From NCBI RefSeq assembly GCF_009914755.1, contig NC_060931.1: 64,000 nucleotides of DNA; one strand, given 5' to 3'. This stretch comes from the human T2T-CHM13v2.0 reference genome, Homo sapiens. The translations under genes were made by a program, and so were the position numbers. The notes below the pieces were generated by a model that saw only the letters and a list, made by a program, of their open reading frames with translations, was not told where the DNA came from and searched no databases. Of this stretch, positions 15,283 through 29,084 are shown piece after piece. How positions within the stretch are numbered: the first letter of the stretch is position 1; each line of letters begins with the position of its first letter.

Positions 15283-15880
15283 AGCTGGAGGCATTACACT
15301 ATCTGATCTCAAAATATACTACAAAGCTATAACAAAACAGCACAGTCCTGGCATAAAAACAGACATATAAACCAATGGAACAGAATAGACAGCCAAGATA
15401 TGAGTCTATGGATTTACAGTCAACTGAAGGTGCCAAGAACACACAATGGTGAAAGGATAGTGTCTTCAATAAATGGTGTCAGGAAAACTGGATATCCATA
15501 AGCAGAAGAATAAAATTAGACCCCTCTCTGATACCATACACAAAAATCAACTCAAAATAAGTTAAAGACTTAAATGTAAGACTGCTAGAAAAAACACAGG
15601 GAAAAGCTTTTTGACAATAATTGGGCAATAATGTTTTGGATATGACCCCAAAAGCACAGATAACAAAAACAAAAATGGACAAATGTGATTATATCAAACT
15701 AATAAGCTTCTGTACAGCAAAGAAAACAATAAGCAGAGTGAAGAGACAACCTACAGAATGTGAGAAAATATTTGCAAGCCATACATCTAATAAGGGGCTA
15801 ACATATAAAGTACATAAGGAACTCAAACGATTCAATAACAAGGACACAAATAACCTAATTTTGAAATAGGCGAAGCACCT
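15283..15880 (+). mobile_element. L1M ORF2 3' fragment
   Basis: Peptide DMTPKAQITKTKMDKCDYIKLISFCTAKKTISRVKRQPTECEKIFA matches the L1 ORF2 C-terminal region. Confidence 0.9.
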
Positions 15881-16670
15881 TGTCTCAGTACATTTGTGCT
15901 GTTACAACAAAATACCATAGCTGAGTAACTTATAAATAATGTAAATTTATTTCTCACAGTTCTAGAGGCTGGGAATTCCAAGATCAAGGAGCTGGCATTC
16001 AGAGTCTGGGGAGGGCCTTCTAGCTGTGTCTTCGGCATGGCAATAGGTGAAAGGGTGTAGCTCATTTCCTCCAGCTCTTTTATAAGGCGCTAATTCCATT
16101 CATGAAGCCAGAGCTGTCATTCTCTAATAACCACCTAAAGGCCCACCTCTTAATACTACTGTGTTGGGGATTAAATTTCAATATGAAATTTTGGAGATGA
16201 CACAAACATTCAAACCATAGCCTTCCACTGCTGGTCCCCCCAAATTCATGTCCTTCTCACAAAGAAAATACATTCATTCCATTCCAATAGCCTTAGAAGT
16301 CTTAAGTTGTTCCAGTATCAGCTGAAAAATCTAAAGTCCAGAGTCTCATCTAAATATCATCTAAATCAGATATGGGTGAGACTCTAGGCACAATTCATGC
16401 GGAGGTAAATTGCTTTCAAGTTGTGAACCTGTGAAGTCAAACAGGTTATGTACTTTAAAATACAATGATGGGACAGGCACATGATAGACATTTCCATTTT
16501 AAAAGGAAGGAACAGGAAAGAAGAAAGGGGTAGCAGATACCAAGTAAGTTCAAAACCCAGTAAGGCAAATCATAGTAAGTCTTGAGGCTTGAGAATCATC
16601 TTCTTTTTTGATTCTGTGCCCTGCCTATCTTACACTTGAGGGTGGAGGTTAGGCCCATAAGGCTCCAAGT
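15881..16670 (-). mobile_element. MaLR (MST/MLT1A-like) LTR at 15881-16221 plus part of its internal sequence, inserted in L1
   Basis: The minus-strand LTR runs tgtctcagt...ttctagaggctgggaattccaagatcaagg...aaacattcaaaccatagc and is followed by MaLR internal-like sequence. Confidence 0.8.
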
Positions 16671-16689
16671 GGATGAATATGTAACAAAA

Positions 16690-16905
16690 ATGTACATTCT
16701 GGAGATCTATTTGACAGCATAGTGGCTACAGTTAGTAATCATGTATTGTATACTTGAAAAATGCTGAGAACAGATCTTAAATATTCTCACCACAAAAAAA
16801 TTAGTATGTGAGGTGATGGATATATTAATTAGCATGATTTAATAATTTCTTAATGTATACATGTAGAAAAACATCATGTTGCATACCATAAATACATACA
16901 ATTTT
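16690..16905 (+). mobile_element. L1MA 3'UTR end
   Basis: Contains gagatctatttgacagcatagtg...gtatgtgaggtgatggatatattaattagc, a typical L1MA 3' end. Confidence 0.8.
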
Positions 16906-17264
16906 GTAGAACCTGAATATTCTTTCTTCTCCCTGCTAAAATAGGCTCTATCAGGACTGGCTGAGCTAGTAAGGTCTCTTGCAAAAATCAGGAGCATCTA
17001 CATTGAGCTATAAAAATGGAAAATAATTAGATCTGTTGAGCAAATATCATTTTTGTAATATAAAAAATAAATACTATGAATGACACAGGTTTGATACTCA
17101 GGCAAACTGAACAAAGTAGAAAAACCAGGTCAATTGTTTAATTAAATTTAAAATAAAAGTGCATTACTAGACAAAATAGGTAGAAGCTGGACTAATGATT
17201 TCTCAAGTTCTTCCATGATAAGAGCCAGTGTTATAATGAGGAATGAAGGCCTTGACAGTCCACA

Positions 17265-18640
17265 TGTGGTAGGCTGAATAGTGGTCTCCTAAAGATATCT
17301 AAATTTCAGTCCCTACAACCTGTGAATGCCGTGTTAGATGACAAAAGAGACGCTGAAGGGTTAATATCCAGAATATAGAAAAAATTAATGCAACTCAACA
17401 AAATATCAAATAACTTATTTAAAAAATGGGCAAAAGATTTGAATAGACACTTCTCCAAAAATGATACACAAATGGTCAGCAATCATATGAAAAGATGCTC
17501 AACATCCCACTAATCATCAGAGAAATACAAACAAAAACAATGAGATACCACTTCACACCCATTAGGACAGCTACTATAAAAAAATGGAAAATAAGTATTG
17601 GCAAAAATGTGGAGAAATTGGAACTCTTATGCATTGTTGGTGGTATTGTAAAATGATGCAAATGCTGTGGAAAGCAGTATGGAGGTGCCTCAAAAAAATT
17701 AAAAGTAGAACTACAATATGATTCAGTAATTCCACTTCTGGATATAGACCCAAAAGAATTGAAAGTAGGACCCCAAAGAGATATTTGCATACCCATGGTT
17801 ATAGCAGTGCTATTCACAATAGCCAACCCAAATATCCATCAATGAATGGGTAGATAAATGTGATACATACATAAAATAGGGTATTATTCAATCTTAAAAA
17901 GAAAGGAAATCCTGTCACAAGTTACAACATGGATGAACCTTGAGGGGATTGTGCTAAGTGAATAAGCCAATCAAGACATATACTGTGTGATTCCACTTAT
18001 ATGGGGTATCTAAAATAGTCAAAGTCATAGAAACAGAAGCAGAACAGGCAAGGAAGAGGTGGGAAAAGGGAGTTTAATGGGTATAGTGTTTCAGATTTGC
18101 AAGATGGAAAAGTCCTGGAGATCTGTTTAACAACAATGTGAATATAATCAACACCACTGAATTGTACATTTAAATTGGTTCAGGTGATAAATTTAATGCT
18201 ATTTTTTTGCCACAATAATTTTTTAAAAGGGACTTTGCAGGTGTGATTATGTTAAGGATCTTGAGATGGGGAGGGTAGCCTGGATTATCCAGGTGGACTC
18301 ACTCTAATTACAATGGTCCTTACAACAGGGAAGCAGCAGATCAGAGTGAATAGTAGATGTGATAACAGAAGCAAGAGGTTAGAATAATGTGGCCATGAGC
18401 TAAAGAACGCAGCTAAGGAATGTGGCTTCTAGAGGTTGGAAGAGGTAAGAAATGGATTATTTCGTAGAGCCTCCAGAATGAACCAGCCAGCCCTGTAGAC
18501 ACCTTGACTTAAGCTCTATCAATTTTATTTGGAACTTTGACATTCAGAAGTCAGACTTTCAGAATGAGAGAATAAATTTGTCTTGTTTTAGCCATTAAAT
18601 TTGTAATAATTTGTTGCAGCAGCAGTAGGAAACTAATGCA
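17265..18640 (+). mobile_element. MLT1D-like solo LTR interrupted by an L1
   Basis: Begins tgtggtaggctgaat and ends ggaaactaatgca. 5-bp TSD ccaca/ccata. Confidence 0.85.
17356..18224 (+). mobile_element. L1MA/MB 3' fragment nested in the MLT1 LTR
   Basis: L1 ORF2 end and 3'UTR motifs. Degraded TSD aaaagagacgctg (17343-17355) / aaaagggactttg (18225-18237). Confidence 0.88.
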
Positions 18641-20614
18641 CCATATAAGAGCTCCAGGAAAAGGTAGACAGAAGCCTTTGAGCTGAGTCCTTGGAGGCTC
18701 TAGTCTAGAGAAAGTAGACATGGTGTCCTTTGATGTATAAAGAAAAGGGCCAACTTAAAGCAAGGTAATAATAACTTACTCTTTGTTGCTTGGAGGAATA
18801 GATTGATCTAAATAATGGTGAATTTTCTCTTCCTCTGTGATAAACCTGTAACCTATAAGCCTTGGCAACATCTATCATGATTTCTAAATATCACAACTAA
18901 CATCCAAAACCACCACACTTTTATCAAAATAAATACAAATTTTACCCTTTCCATAAATATGATCATCCAGATTGGATAAAATATGATTTGATAGTGCTAA
19001 CCCAAATTTAGAATTATTTTATGTAATTAAGTTTATGCTGATAAAGTCTGAAAGTTATGATAACTGTGCACTGTTTTCTTTCAACTGATCAATATACCCA
19101 GAGAAGACAAATATTTTAACTTAAATGGTTTATCACTAGCCTAACTGTGTGTATGCATTCAATAGGAAAAAAATAACTTTTCTATTGCCATGCAAGTCTT
19201 CCTATAATGAGAAACATTAGGAGTTGAATAGAGCTAGATTTTGTGCAACCATTGGCCCAAAATCGCATATAATATTGATGGGAAATATATTATGTATATG
19301 GCTGTTGCATTAGCAACATATATATATATAATCCATATATATATAGTTTTGAGAACATATATATATATATACATATATACAGTTTTGAGATTCTTTTGCT
19401 TTCAAAAATGTGAATGTCTTATTTTATGAGGCCAATTAATACTTCACAGTCTGAGTAGTAAAAATAAAAATAGTCAGGAAGGGGCAAAAGATTAAGTAAA
19501 TATGTTGCACAGGTCCCTGTGTTGGGAACATAATGTAGTTATTAATGAATATTGCTGCTTGACCCAACAGATTTAGTCTGTTTTATCTTGCATTTATATT
19601 ATAGAGTAGCAAATGCTTTTATTCCACTTCCAAGGCAGAATAAGCCTCAAACGCAGAACCATAATATTGAGCAGATGATTAAAACCATTAGCTAAAATCT
19701 TTTATGACAAAAAGATGAAATGTACTAGATAATGACACAGGAAACATAAAAATGCTGTTTTTATAAGTGGGGACATTTTACCTTCTTTAAATATGATTCA
19801 AGGTTTTTCTTTCTTTTGTTATTAAATAATTTCATTATTATCTATATTTGCACTTTGACAGCTTATTTTTTCCTCTTTGCTATATTTAACTTCGTTAGGG
19901 GGGTATACATTCACCAGTCTTTTGAATAGTATACAGCATACAATTAATATACTTCCTGTTAAGACAGAAAAAATGCACTACAGCTGGCTTTCTTGAGAGA
20001 ACATTCACACATATATACAGTCTTTTGAAGGATACATTTCATAAAGACTCTTGCATTTTGTGTTACATTTATTAAGGCTCCTTGCATAAATTTTCATAAT
20101 TTCACATTTTATTAGTAATTGCCATTTCTATTTTTCTAGTCTCATCTGAAACATACTTACCATTTCCATTAGAAAAAAAGTCTAATTTCCTAACAATACA
20201 ACCAAATACTATAAGAGCTTGCAGCATCAATGGAATGAGCATGCCAGCTCCCTTCTTCCCATAAGATGACTCTAAAATATGACTTTTAATTTCCAAAGTC
20301 TTGGGATAAAATTGAGACACAGCCTGTTTCTCTTTAGGTGCTGAAAATTTGAAATTTATTTCTAATGAATACTTATCTCAATCAAATACACCCTTATCAA
20401 AAGTATTTATAGCTCTTGTAGGGTTCAGTATGTAATGATTCCACCATTAGACTTACAAATTCATACTTCTTACCTCAATACATGAATCACACTTGGATGT
20501 AGCAAGATATCTGAGTCTAATAGTTTTAATCTCAAACCATAACTTTTTAGCATAGAGTATATTTTCCCTGCAACAACTAAAAAAATCTATTAATATCACA
20601 CACAGTGATATCAG

Positions 20615-21170
20615 TTTATTAATAAGTAATTATCTGAGAGCCTATTACATGGTAGGCACTAGTAATAAAGAGGATTCTTACCCTGAGGGACCTGAGCTTC
20701 CAGCAGAGAGAAGGAAAAGTCATGTAAAAAAACAAACAATAATTTCAGATAATGATAGGTGCTTTCTAAGACGACAAATACGGTGATTTAAAGCGTGACT
20801 ATTGGGGGTTGGGGGATGACTGCTGATATGGGCCAGGAAACATTTCATCAAGGAGGTGGAAGAAGAACCCAGCTGTGTTCTTCTCAGTGGAGGAAAAAAA
20901 AATGATAGTCACACAAATGTCTGGGGAATGGAGTTCCATGCAGGACTAGCAAGTGCATAGACTCTGAGATGGAAAAGGAAATCCATTAATTCTGGAGCTT
21001 TATACTGAAAATTTGGATAGCAATGAAGTCGAAGAAGAAAGCAGAGACAGGTTATATGAGGCCATGTAAATCACTGTATGGAGTTGAGGCTGTAAGTATA
21101 TTGGGAAGCTATCAGAGATATTCAAGCAGGTGAATAATAGATCTTAATTTCACTTTAGGAAGATGATGCT
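20615..21170. mobile_element. Ancient L2-like fragment
   Basis: Degenerate L2-type motifs (tatctgagagcctattacatggtaggcact; gttgaggctgtaag...gatcttaatttcactttaggaagat). Boundaries are approximate. Confidence 0.55.
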
Positions 21171-21601
21171 GACAAGATTTCTTTTACTTGTTCCCCTTCT
21201 CATTCACTAGCTTGCCCAGGACCATCAATTTTTTCTCTACCATAACCCCTTTTATGCATCTGCTCCTCTCCATTCCCAATGTCACTATTTAAATTCAGGC
21301 TTCTATTTTTATTTTCTTGAGCTACTACTATAAAGTACCAACTTGCCTCCTTACCTCCAGTCTTTTGGTTTTCTGATCAGTTCTGATTTCTCCTAGCAGA
21401 TTCTCCTGACTTAAAAACTCATCGACCTCCTAATGCTTAAAAATTAGCTGAAGTATCCCTATGTAGAAGGTTTCCAGAAAGAAGTCCTGTATTTGTACTT
21501 CACTTATCTAGAGGTCTGGCAAGGTGGGCTTAGTGTTGTTAGATTTATTTGAGGAACTGAGTTTCCCAAAGAAAGAGATTCACTTTTAAAAAGATAATTT
21601 C

Positions 21602-21815
21602 TTGATGATTTGTTTGAATTCCTTCTAGATTCTTGCTGTCAGTCCTCTGTCAAATGTATAGTTTGTGAATATTTTCTCCCATTCTGTAAGTTGTTTATTG
21701 GGTACAATGTACACTATTTGGGTGATGGGTGCACCAAAAACCCAGATGTGATTAGTATAAAATTCATCCATGTAACCAAGTCACTTGTACCCCTAAGTCT
21801 ATTGAAATTAAAAAT
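21602..21815 (+). mobile_element. Short L1PB insertion with 5' inversion (twin priming)
   Basis: 21602-21694 is antisense L1 ORF2; 21695-21815 is the sense L1PB 3' end with A-tail. TSD aaaaagataatttc (21588-21601) / aaaaaataatttc (21816-21828) follows TTTT/AAAA. Confidence 0.85.
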
Positions 21816-23266
21816 AAAAAATAATTTCATCCCACTAGCTTGGTCCAAAAATATGGGGTGAATGCTGGAGATGAAGGGTGATTTTGGATATAACGTATAC
21901 ATGCTACTTGGGTTTCTTTTTAGCCCAGCTTCGTGAACTAAAGCAATGTTTTTTGGGAAAATTGTCCTAAGTAGAGATTCTTAAAGGAAAAATGAAAAAA
22001 ACATGCAACAGTACTTTGTGTCCTCACAAAAGGTATACCATGACCTACTCTCTTATTTAGAAAATCTGTGGATCTCAAAGACAAATCTTGGTAACAAAAG
22101 TGAGGTTACCTAAGCACTCTAGACAGATTAAACAACAAGTTTCTCCCACTATTGAATGGAGAAAACCATCAGCATCCGTTTAGCATTTATTGGAATAATC
22201 TCAATAGTTTCAGCTTTAACTTTACCAGATACAAGCTTTCTTCAAATCTGCACTAATCTTGTACAAATCAGTGACTTATTCAGGGCACAGTTTGGCTATT
22301 AGTGGAAGTTAACACAGACAGGCCTGCAGATAAGTGGGTGATAGTGTAAAACACATCGTGCTGTGGGTTTATATTACAGCAATTAATCCAGAGTCTGAGA
22401 GGAACACAAACTCGTACCTTAATATCATCCCTCACTCAAAATCACTCATTTAGCTCATTTGGGAAGCCTTGTCACTGCCTGAAAATAAAGGAGTACAGAT
22501 GAAAGTTGCCACATCCTGTGGAGAAGAGGCAATTATCCTTTATTTGGTTTCCAACTTCCCTTGTAAATGTGCCAGCAGATAAAGTGTTGGTGTGAGTTCA
22601 GGGCTGTTAGAATTTTTTTTTTTTTCTCACCACATGAGTCAATCCTGTTCTTAGGCTTTATTTCCCAGTGATGGCTGTGTACCGAGCAAGTGTTATCTTC
22701 CCATGTTTATGTCTCCACGACAAGAATTTACCATTTTAAAATAAAACGATCAAGTTGGTGGACTGATGGCTTTTGTGATCACACCACAAATTTTACTTAC
22801 TTGTTTTCAGTGTTGAAAGTGATTGATGAAAACAAGTGATTACTTGTTTTCAGTGTTGAAGACTGGTAGTTTTAATGTTTTCCCTTGGGATGTTGGATTC
22901 CAAGTATGACAAGATGGGGGATCTTCTTCCTCAATCTCTGTCTTTCAAGGACCCTGTACTCACTCCTGGTTGTCCCCACAGGAGTGCTGAAGCATGACTG
23001 CAACAGACTTGCAGTTGTGCAGGAGATCCATTCAGCCGCACAGAGATGACCGGAAAAATGGCTGGCGCAGGGGAGTCCCGGGTAAAGAACACGGAAGTTT
23101 GAATCAGAAATGGAGTCATGACTATGCCGGTTACTAAGCAGTTTTATATATCATTGAGATTACTTCTTTTTTTTTTATTGCAGTAAAAAACACATAACAT
23201 AAAATTTACCCTCTTAACCATTTTCTCATTGTACCGTTCAGTATTGTTAAATATATTCACATTTTT

Positions 23267-23965
<699 letters not shown>

Positions 23966-24528
23966 TCTACATATATTTTTTACTATTTTTTACATTTTGT
24001 GCAATGGATCTCCAGAACTCTTTCATCTTGCAAAACTGAAACTCTATATCCATTAAATAACTCCTCTTTCCTCCTTCCCCCACCTTCTGGTAACCACCAT
24101 TCTACTTTCTGTTTTTATGAGTTTGACCACTCTAGGTACCCTATATAAAAATAATCATACAGCATTTATCTTTTTGTGACTTGCTTGTTTCACTCAGCAT
24201 AATGTCCTGAAGTTTCATCCATGTTGTAGCATGTGACAAGATTTACTTTCTTTTTTAAGGCTGAATAATATTTCACTGTATATATATATACACACACATA
24301 CATATATATGCTACATTTTGTTTATTCATCTATTGAGATTACATTTTATTATCTTCAAAATGAAAACTAATAAATCATTTTTACCTCAAAGAATCGTTGT
24401 TAACATCTAGTGTAAACTACGTTTGTCACTATTATATTGGAAAGTTATGCTTTAGATGTATTGACCAATGATTCATTAAATCTGAGTTCTATCCTTGGCT
24501 CTGCTATTCATTTTCTGACTATATACCA

Positions 24529-24592
24529 ACAGTCTACTTGCTCTGGGGCCACAATGTACTACAGTCTACTTGCTCTGGGGCCACAATGTACT
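24529..24592. repeat. Perfect 32-bp tandem duplication
   Basis: acagtctacttgctctggggccacaatgtact occurs twice in tandem. Confidence 0.97.
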
Positions 24593-27500
24593 ATCTGTAA
24601 AATCATATTGTCTTAACTACTGAAGAGGACTGCAGAAAGATGAATAATGCAGATTCATTCCTCAGAGTAATTTATTCCTCAGTTATTCCTGGAGCCCAGG
24701 TGCTCAGTCCTTATCATCTCTGAGATTACTCAGGAGAGAAAGCTGTAATCTTACAGAGCCTTGGTCTCCTAATCTATAATATTGATTGAAGCTAAACAAG
24801 CTCCCCCAAATTACTGAACTTTAAAACCACCAATTTAAAAAAACCTCTAGTGATAAACATATACATTGTACATCCTCTTCAACATTATTTTGATATTTAA
24901 AAAATACTATGTGTCTAAAACCAAAATGCTGTATAATTTTAGAACCTGCTTTTTCAAAACTATATTCCAACCACTCCCTCCTCTCTGTCAAAGTCTAATG
25001 ATGACACAGATGCTGCCCATCTCATACCCTCAAAATATCCCATAGAATTGCACTGGATAAGCACTAAGGCCCATTTGAAAATTCTATGATTTGAACTTTT
25101 GAATTTTTAGGTAATTTTCCATTGCATCGGTTCTTCTGGTGTTTTCAGGATCTGTGCCAAATGCGAGGCTGCCCTTGCCACTAAGGACTTCTAACATTGC
25201 AACTATCAAGATGATGATGAACTCATCAACAGATGGAGAGAGACTGCTGTATTTTGAAGGACTCTGGATAATAAATAGGTAATACTGATAAATCTTATAC
25301 TTATTTTTGTTTAAAGTGGGAAAAAAAAAGCAATGGTAGCAACTTTGAAAGTGACAGTCTAAGAATTATACTGATTGGTTAAGCACCTGATTATTGAATG
25401 ATTGAGCCATGGGAGGCAAGGAACAGAGATACAGAAGTTTGCTGAATCCTCTTCCTCCCCAACCCAGAAAGCCACTAGGGCTTAATCACCTTGTCACAAG
25501 GTTGTCTAAGTCCAGACTTGTATTGGAGATGTAATGGGTGAAGGTTATCAAGGGAATGTGAAATGGAAAACTTGGCAGAATAGAATGAACTTTCTGATTA
25601 CCATTAGAATTTTTTTAGATTGACTTTCAACATTTCAGGTTAAGCTCAATTAGAAAAAGTTGAATTTCTCTAAGGCAATGTTTAAGATGTAACTATCTCA
25701 GAATAACTTGCTAATTTACATATTTATAGTACTTTGATTTAACAGTACTGAAAACTTTTAAATAAAAATCTAAGCACTTAACAGTATGTGAAGTATGAGT
25801 TATGTTTTATTGTGAATATCTAAATGTATTTTCAGCAAGAATCCTGCACATAATGGCATATATAACTTCTTTATATATGTAAAATCAAAACTATTTATTT
25901 ATTCTATTGATAAAATTAGTTATTTATATTATTTGGTGTTATTAATTGAATAAGCAACTTTGAAAAAAATGGGCTAGTCAGAAAGTATGCTGACAAAACA
26001 GAACAGAAGCTACAACAAAAAACTTTAAGAGATATTTTGGACAAGGCATTTTATCTTATCTAGATGTAATCGCTATTCTTAGTATAGTGCCTAATATTAT
26101 AAATGATGAGAAGGTTAACTAAAAACAATTGAAATAGAGTAAAATTTTGATGTGCATATATATTCTTATTTTGAACTTAAAGGTATATTCGATTTTTATT
26201 AATAGAAAATTAGTTTACTTTTGTTCTTTTAAAGTAAATATTTAAATAATATCAGTTTGAAGGAGTGCCAAATTATTGGTTGGCTCTGAAGGTTAATATA
26301 TTTCAGTCTGATTACAAGGACATCTTATGGAATTCCTATAGCTTTGCCTGTACCTGAGACACCTGCTGATTAGGCAGTCACAAAGAAGTACAGATGAAGG
26401 AGTGATTAATCTGACCTGGGAGTAAAATTGGTAATTCAGGAAACCTCAACAGAAGACATATGGTTAAACTTAGTTTTGAATCATGGTATGGTGTTCACCA
26501 GGCAAAGGGAGGAAGTCTATCATAGAGGATGCAATGTTAGTCCAAGGCACAGCAGTGTGGTTTGTTTGGAAAACTGACAGTGTTTCAGTGTGAACATAAA
26601 GATGAGGCAGATTAGAGGTCAAGACAGAAGATCCTCAATGCTTGATGAATCAGAGGTGGAAGGAGAAAATGGGGTCAAAAATAATACTAAGATTTTCAAG
26701 TCATATTCATTTGCTCTTGAACCATTTTTGATTGCTATGTACATGGGTACTACAACATTTTTAATAATAATCTTGTAAAAAGCACCTACAAACAGGAAAT
26801 CTGTTACCAAACCTTAAGGAGAAAAAACAAGAGTATTTATAAGAATGAAAATAATTATGTAAAAAATCTCTTCCTGAGAGAAAAGCAAAAAATCAATTAA
26901 AAAAAAAGATTACCTCATTTAACTTTGACATTTTTGCAACGTTAGAAAGAGATACTTTTTAAAAATATGGCTATTAACAAATCCTGCTCTAATCTAGGGA
27001 ATATAAAATCAACCACCAAACCTCTTAGTGCTTTACTCAATTGTGTGTGCGTGTGTGTGTATGTGCATGAGAGAGAGAAATGAAAGAGATATATTTTAGA
27101 AATATTCTTTTAAGAAGGAGATAGGCAGATATAACATGCATAATCTGCACAAGGTTATAAACTTCATTGTGTATAAAAATGCATAATTATTTGGTTAGGC
27201 TATAAATAGCAGAAGTATATAAACAACCGAATTTATTTAGAAAAAATACATATTTGCACCAATGATATGAAGTCAAAGACAAATAGAACTAAGTACACTC
27301 TAATTGTTGTTTCTTCAGTGATAATACCAGATATAACAAGAGTTTCTTGCTCCCTCTCATTTCCTGGTAAAAGAGTACAAACCATCACCACTCCATAGAC
27401 ACACTTAAAATGCCCTCAACTATTTCTGCAAATCCCCAGAGATAATCTCATGAGTTTTCCTGAATCGATCCTCTCAGTCACTGCATAGAGTCACTATATT

Positions 27501-27949
27501 TCTTCTTCCTTTGGCCCATGTTTCTTTTGGAGATGTCACCAAGATGATTTACAATGGTGTGTTGCCCTCTCTCTGGTTCTTGAGTTGTCTCCTATTGCTT
27601 CTGCTAATCACCACTGTGCAAGATTTCTCTGGACTAAAGTTATTCTATTCAAGAGAGGAGGATACTCTGAAATGCACACGCATCTATATGCCACACCTTG
27701 TCAAGAAGGTCCCAAATATATGCCAATAGTATTCTCAAAGATTTGCTTACATCATGTGCAAACCACTTTTTCAGCAACTGTTTGAACATCTATCTCTCTT
27801 ACTTGGGCTTAAATAAGATTTCATGGGTGCTGGCCGGGAAGATCTCAGTCTACTTAACACAGGACTTGCACTTTTTGCTAATCTTTTTCTTGTCTTTGAA
27901 TTGAAGCTTAGCATTCACAAACAGTTGTTTAATTTTAAACTCTATAACA

Positions 27950-28130
27950 ATCCTATGAGGTAAGTAGGATGGATATTACCACCATTTTATAGACCAGAAA
28001 CCTGAAACTTGAAAAGCTGCATTTACTCAGCAAGTAAGTTACAGAGCAAGCACTTAAGTCCAAGTTGTCTGAGCCTAGAATCAGTGCATTATGCTCAGCT
28101 GTCTCCGTAAAGATGGAGATGTGGTGCATA
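27950..28130. mobile_element. MIR SINE
   Basis: MIR core: aacaatcctatgaggtaag...accattttatagaccagaaacctga. Confidence 0.65.
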
Positions 28131-28915
28131 TCAACTGCCACCTCTATTGCTTAATAACTGTGATCAATTTTAGAACAACATCCCACCCTTAATGAGATTG
28201 GATTCCCCTCACTGCATGTAAGCATCTCATCAAAGCCATGATTCCTCTCTCCAGAAAAATGCATATCAGTGGGCAGCCCCATGCATGCACACGCTTTACA
28301 TACTTTTGCAAGTTGTTACAAGGGTTTTTAAAATATCCCGAACCTTAAAGTCCCTATTCAAATGGACAACTGTCTTGTAGATGCTGATTCTGTCCTTTAA
28401 GGCCAGTTTTATAAAAGAGGTTTTATTATGTGTATTTTAGTGCTAATGCTGTATGTTCTTTTGATTTCAAAATCTTTTACTCAAGGCATATTTCCTTTTA
28501 AAAGATTTATTAAAAATGCATAAAAGTAATTGGGTCTATGTGGTAAAGAAAAGTTTGATTGAAACACTCAAGAATTCTATTTTCCTAGAAGCCATCTTAA
28601 CAAATTATGGTTTCTTATCATGTTTACAGTAACGAATTGGACTACCAAAAAATGCCTAGGTATTTGACTTAATTTTGTGTGTGTACATATAAACATATTT
28701 ATTTAATTACTTTAAACTACTCAGAGCCAACTTGAGTAAACACTTCTTGAACAAATACTTCATGAAGTCTTTTTAATAACTTAAAAATATGTCTATGTAA
28801 CACGAAGTAACTTATCCTTTTGGTCAGTTGAGTGGTTAATTGACTAGTGTCTGATCAATATCAATAATATGTCTGAAAATTGCGAAGGACAGTAGTGGAG
28901 TAACAGGCTCAGACT

Positions 28916-29084
28916 CAGTGGTTCTCAACCATGGCTGCACTTCTGAATCACCTGGGATTCTTTATGCTTTGGCCCCAGTTCCAGGAATTTTGATTTAACT
29001 GGTGTGGAGTGTGGCATGAGTAATAGGATTTTTCAAAAAGCTTCTCAAGTGATTCTAATTTGCATCTAAGTTTAATAACCACTG
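28916..29084. mobile_element. MER5-type hAT-Charlie MITE
   Basis: Terminal inverted repeats cagtggttctcaa ... ttaataaccactg, internal gaatcacctggg and gtgattctaat, about 170 bp. Confidence 0.85.
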
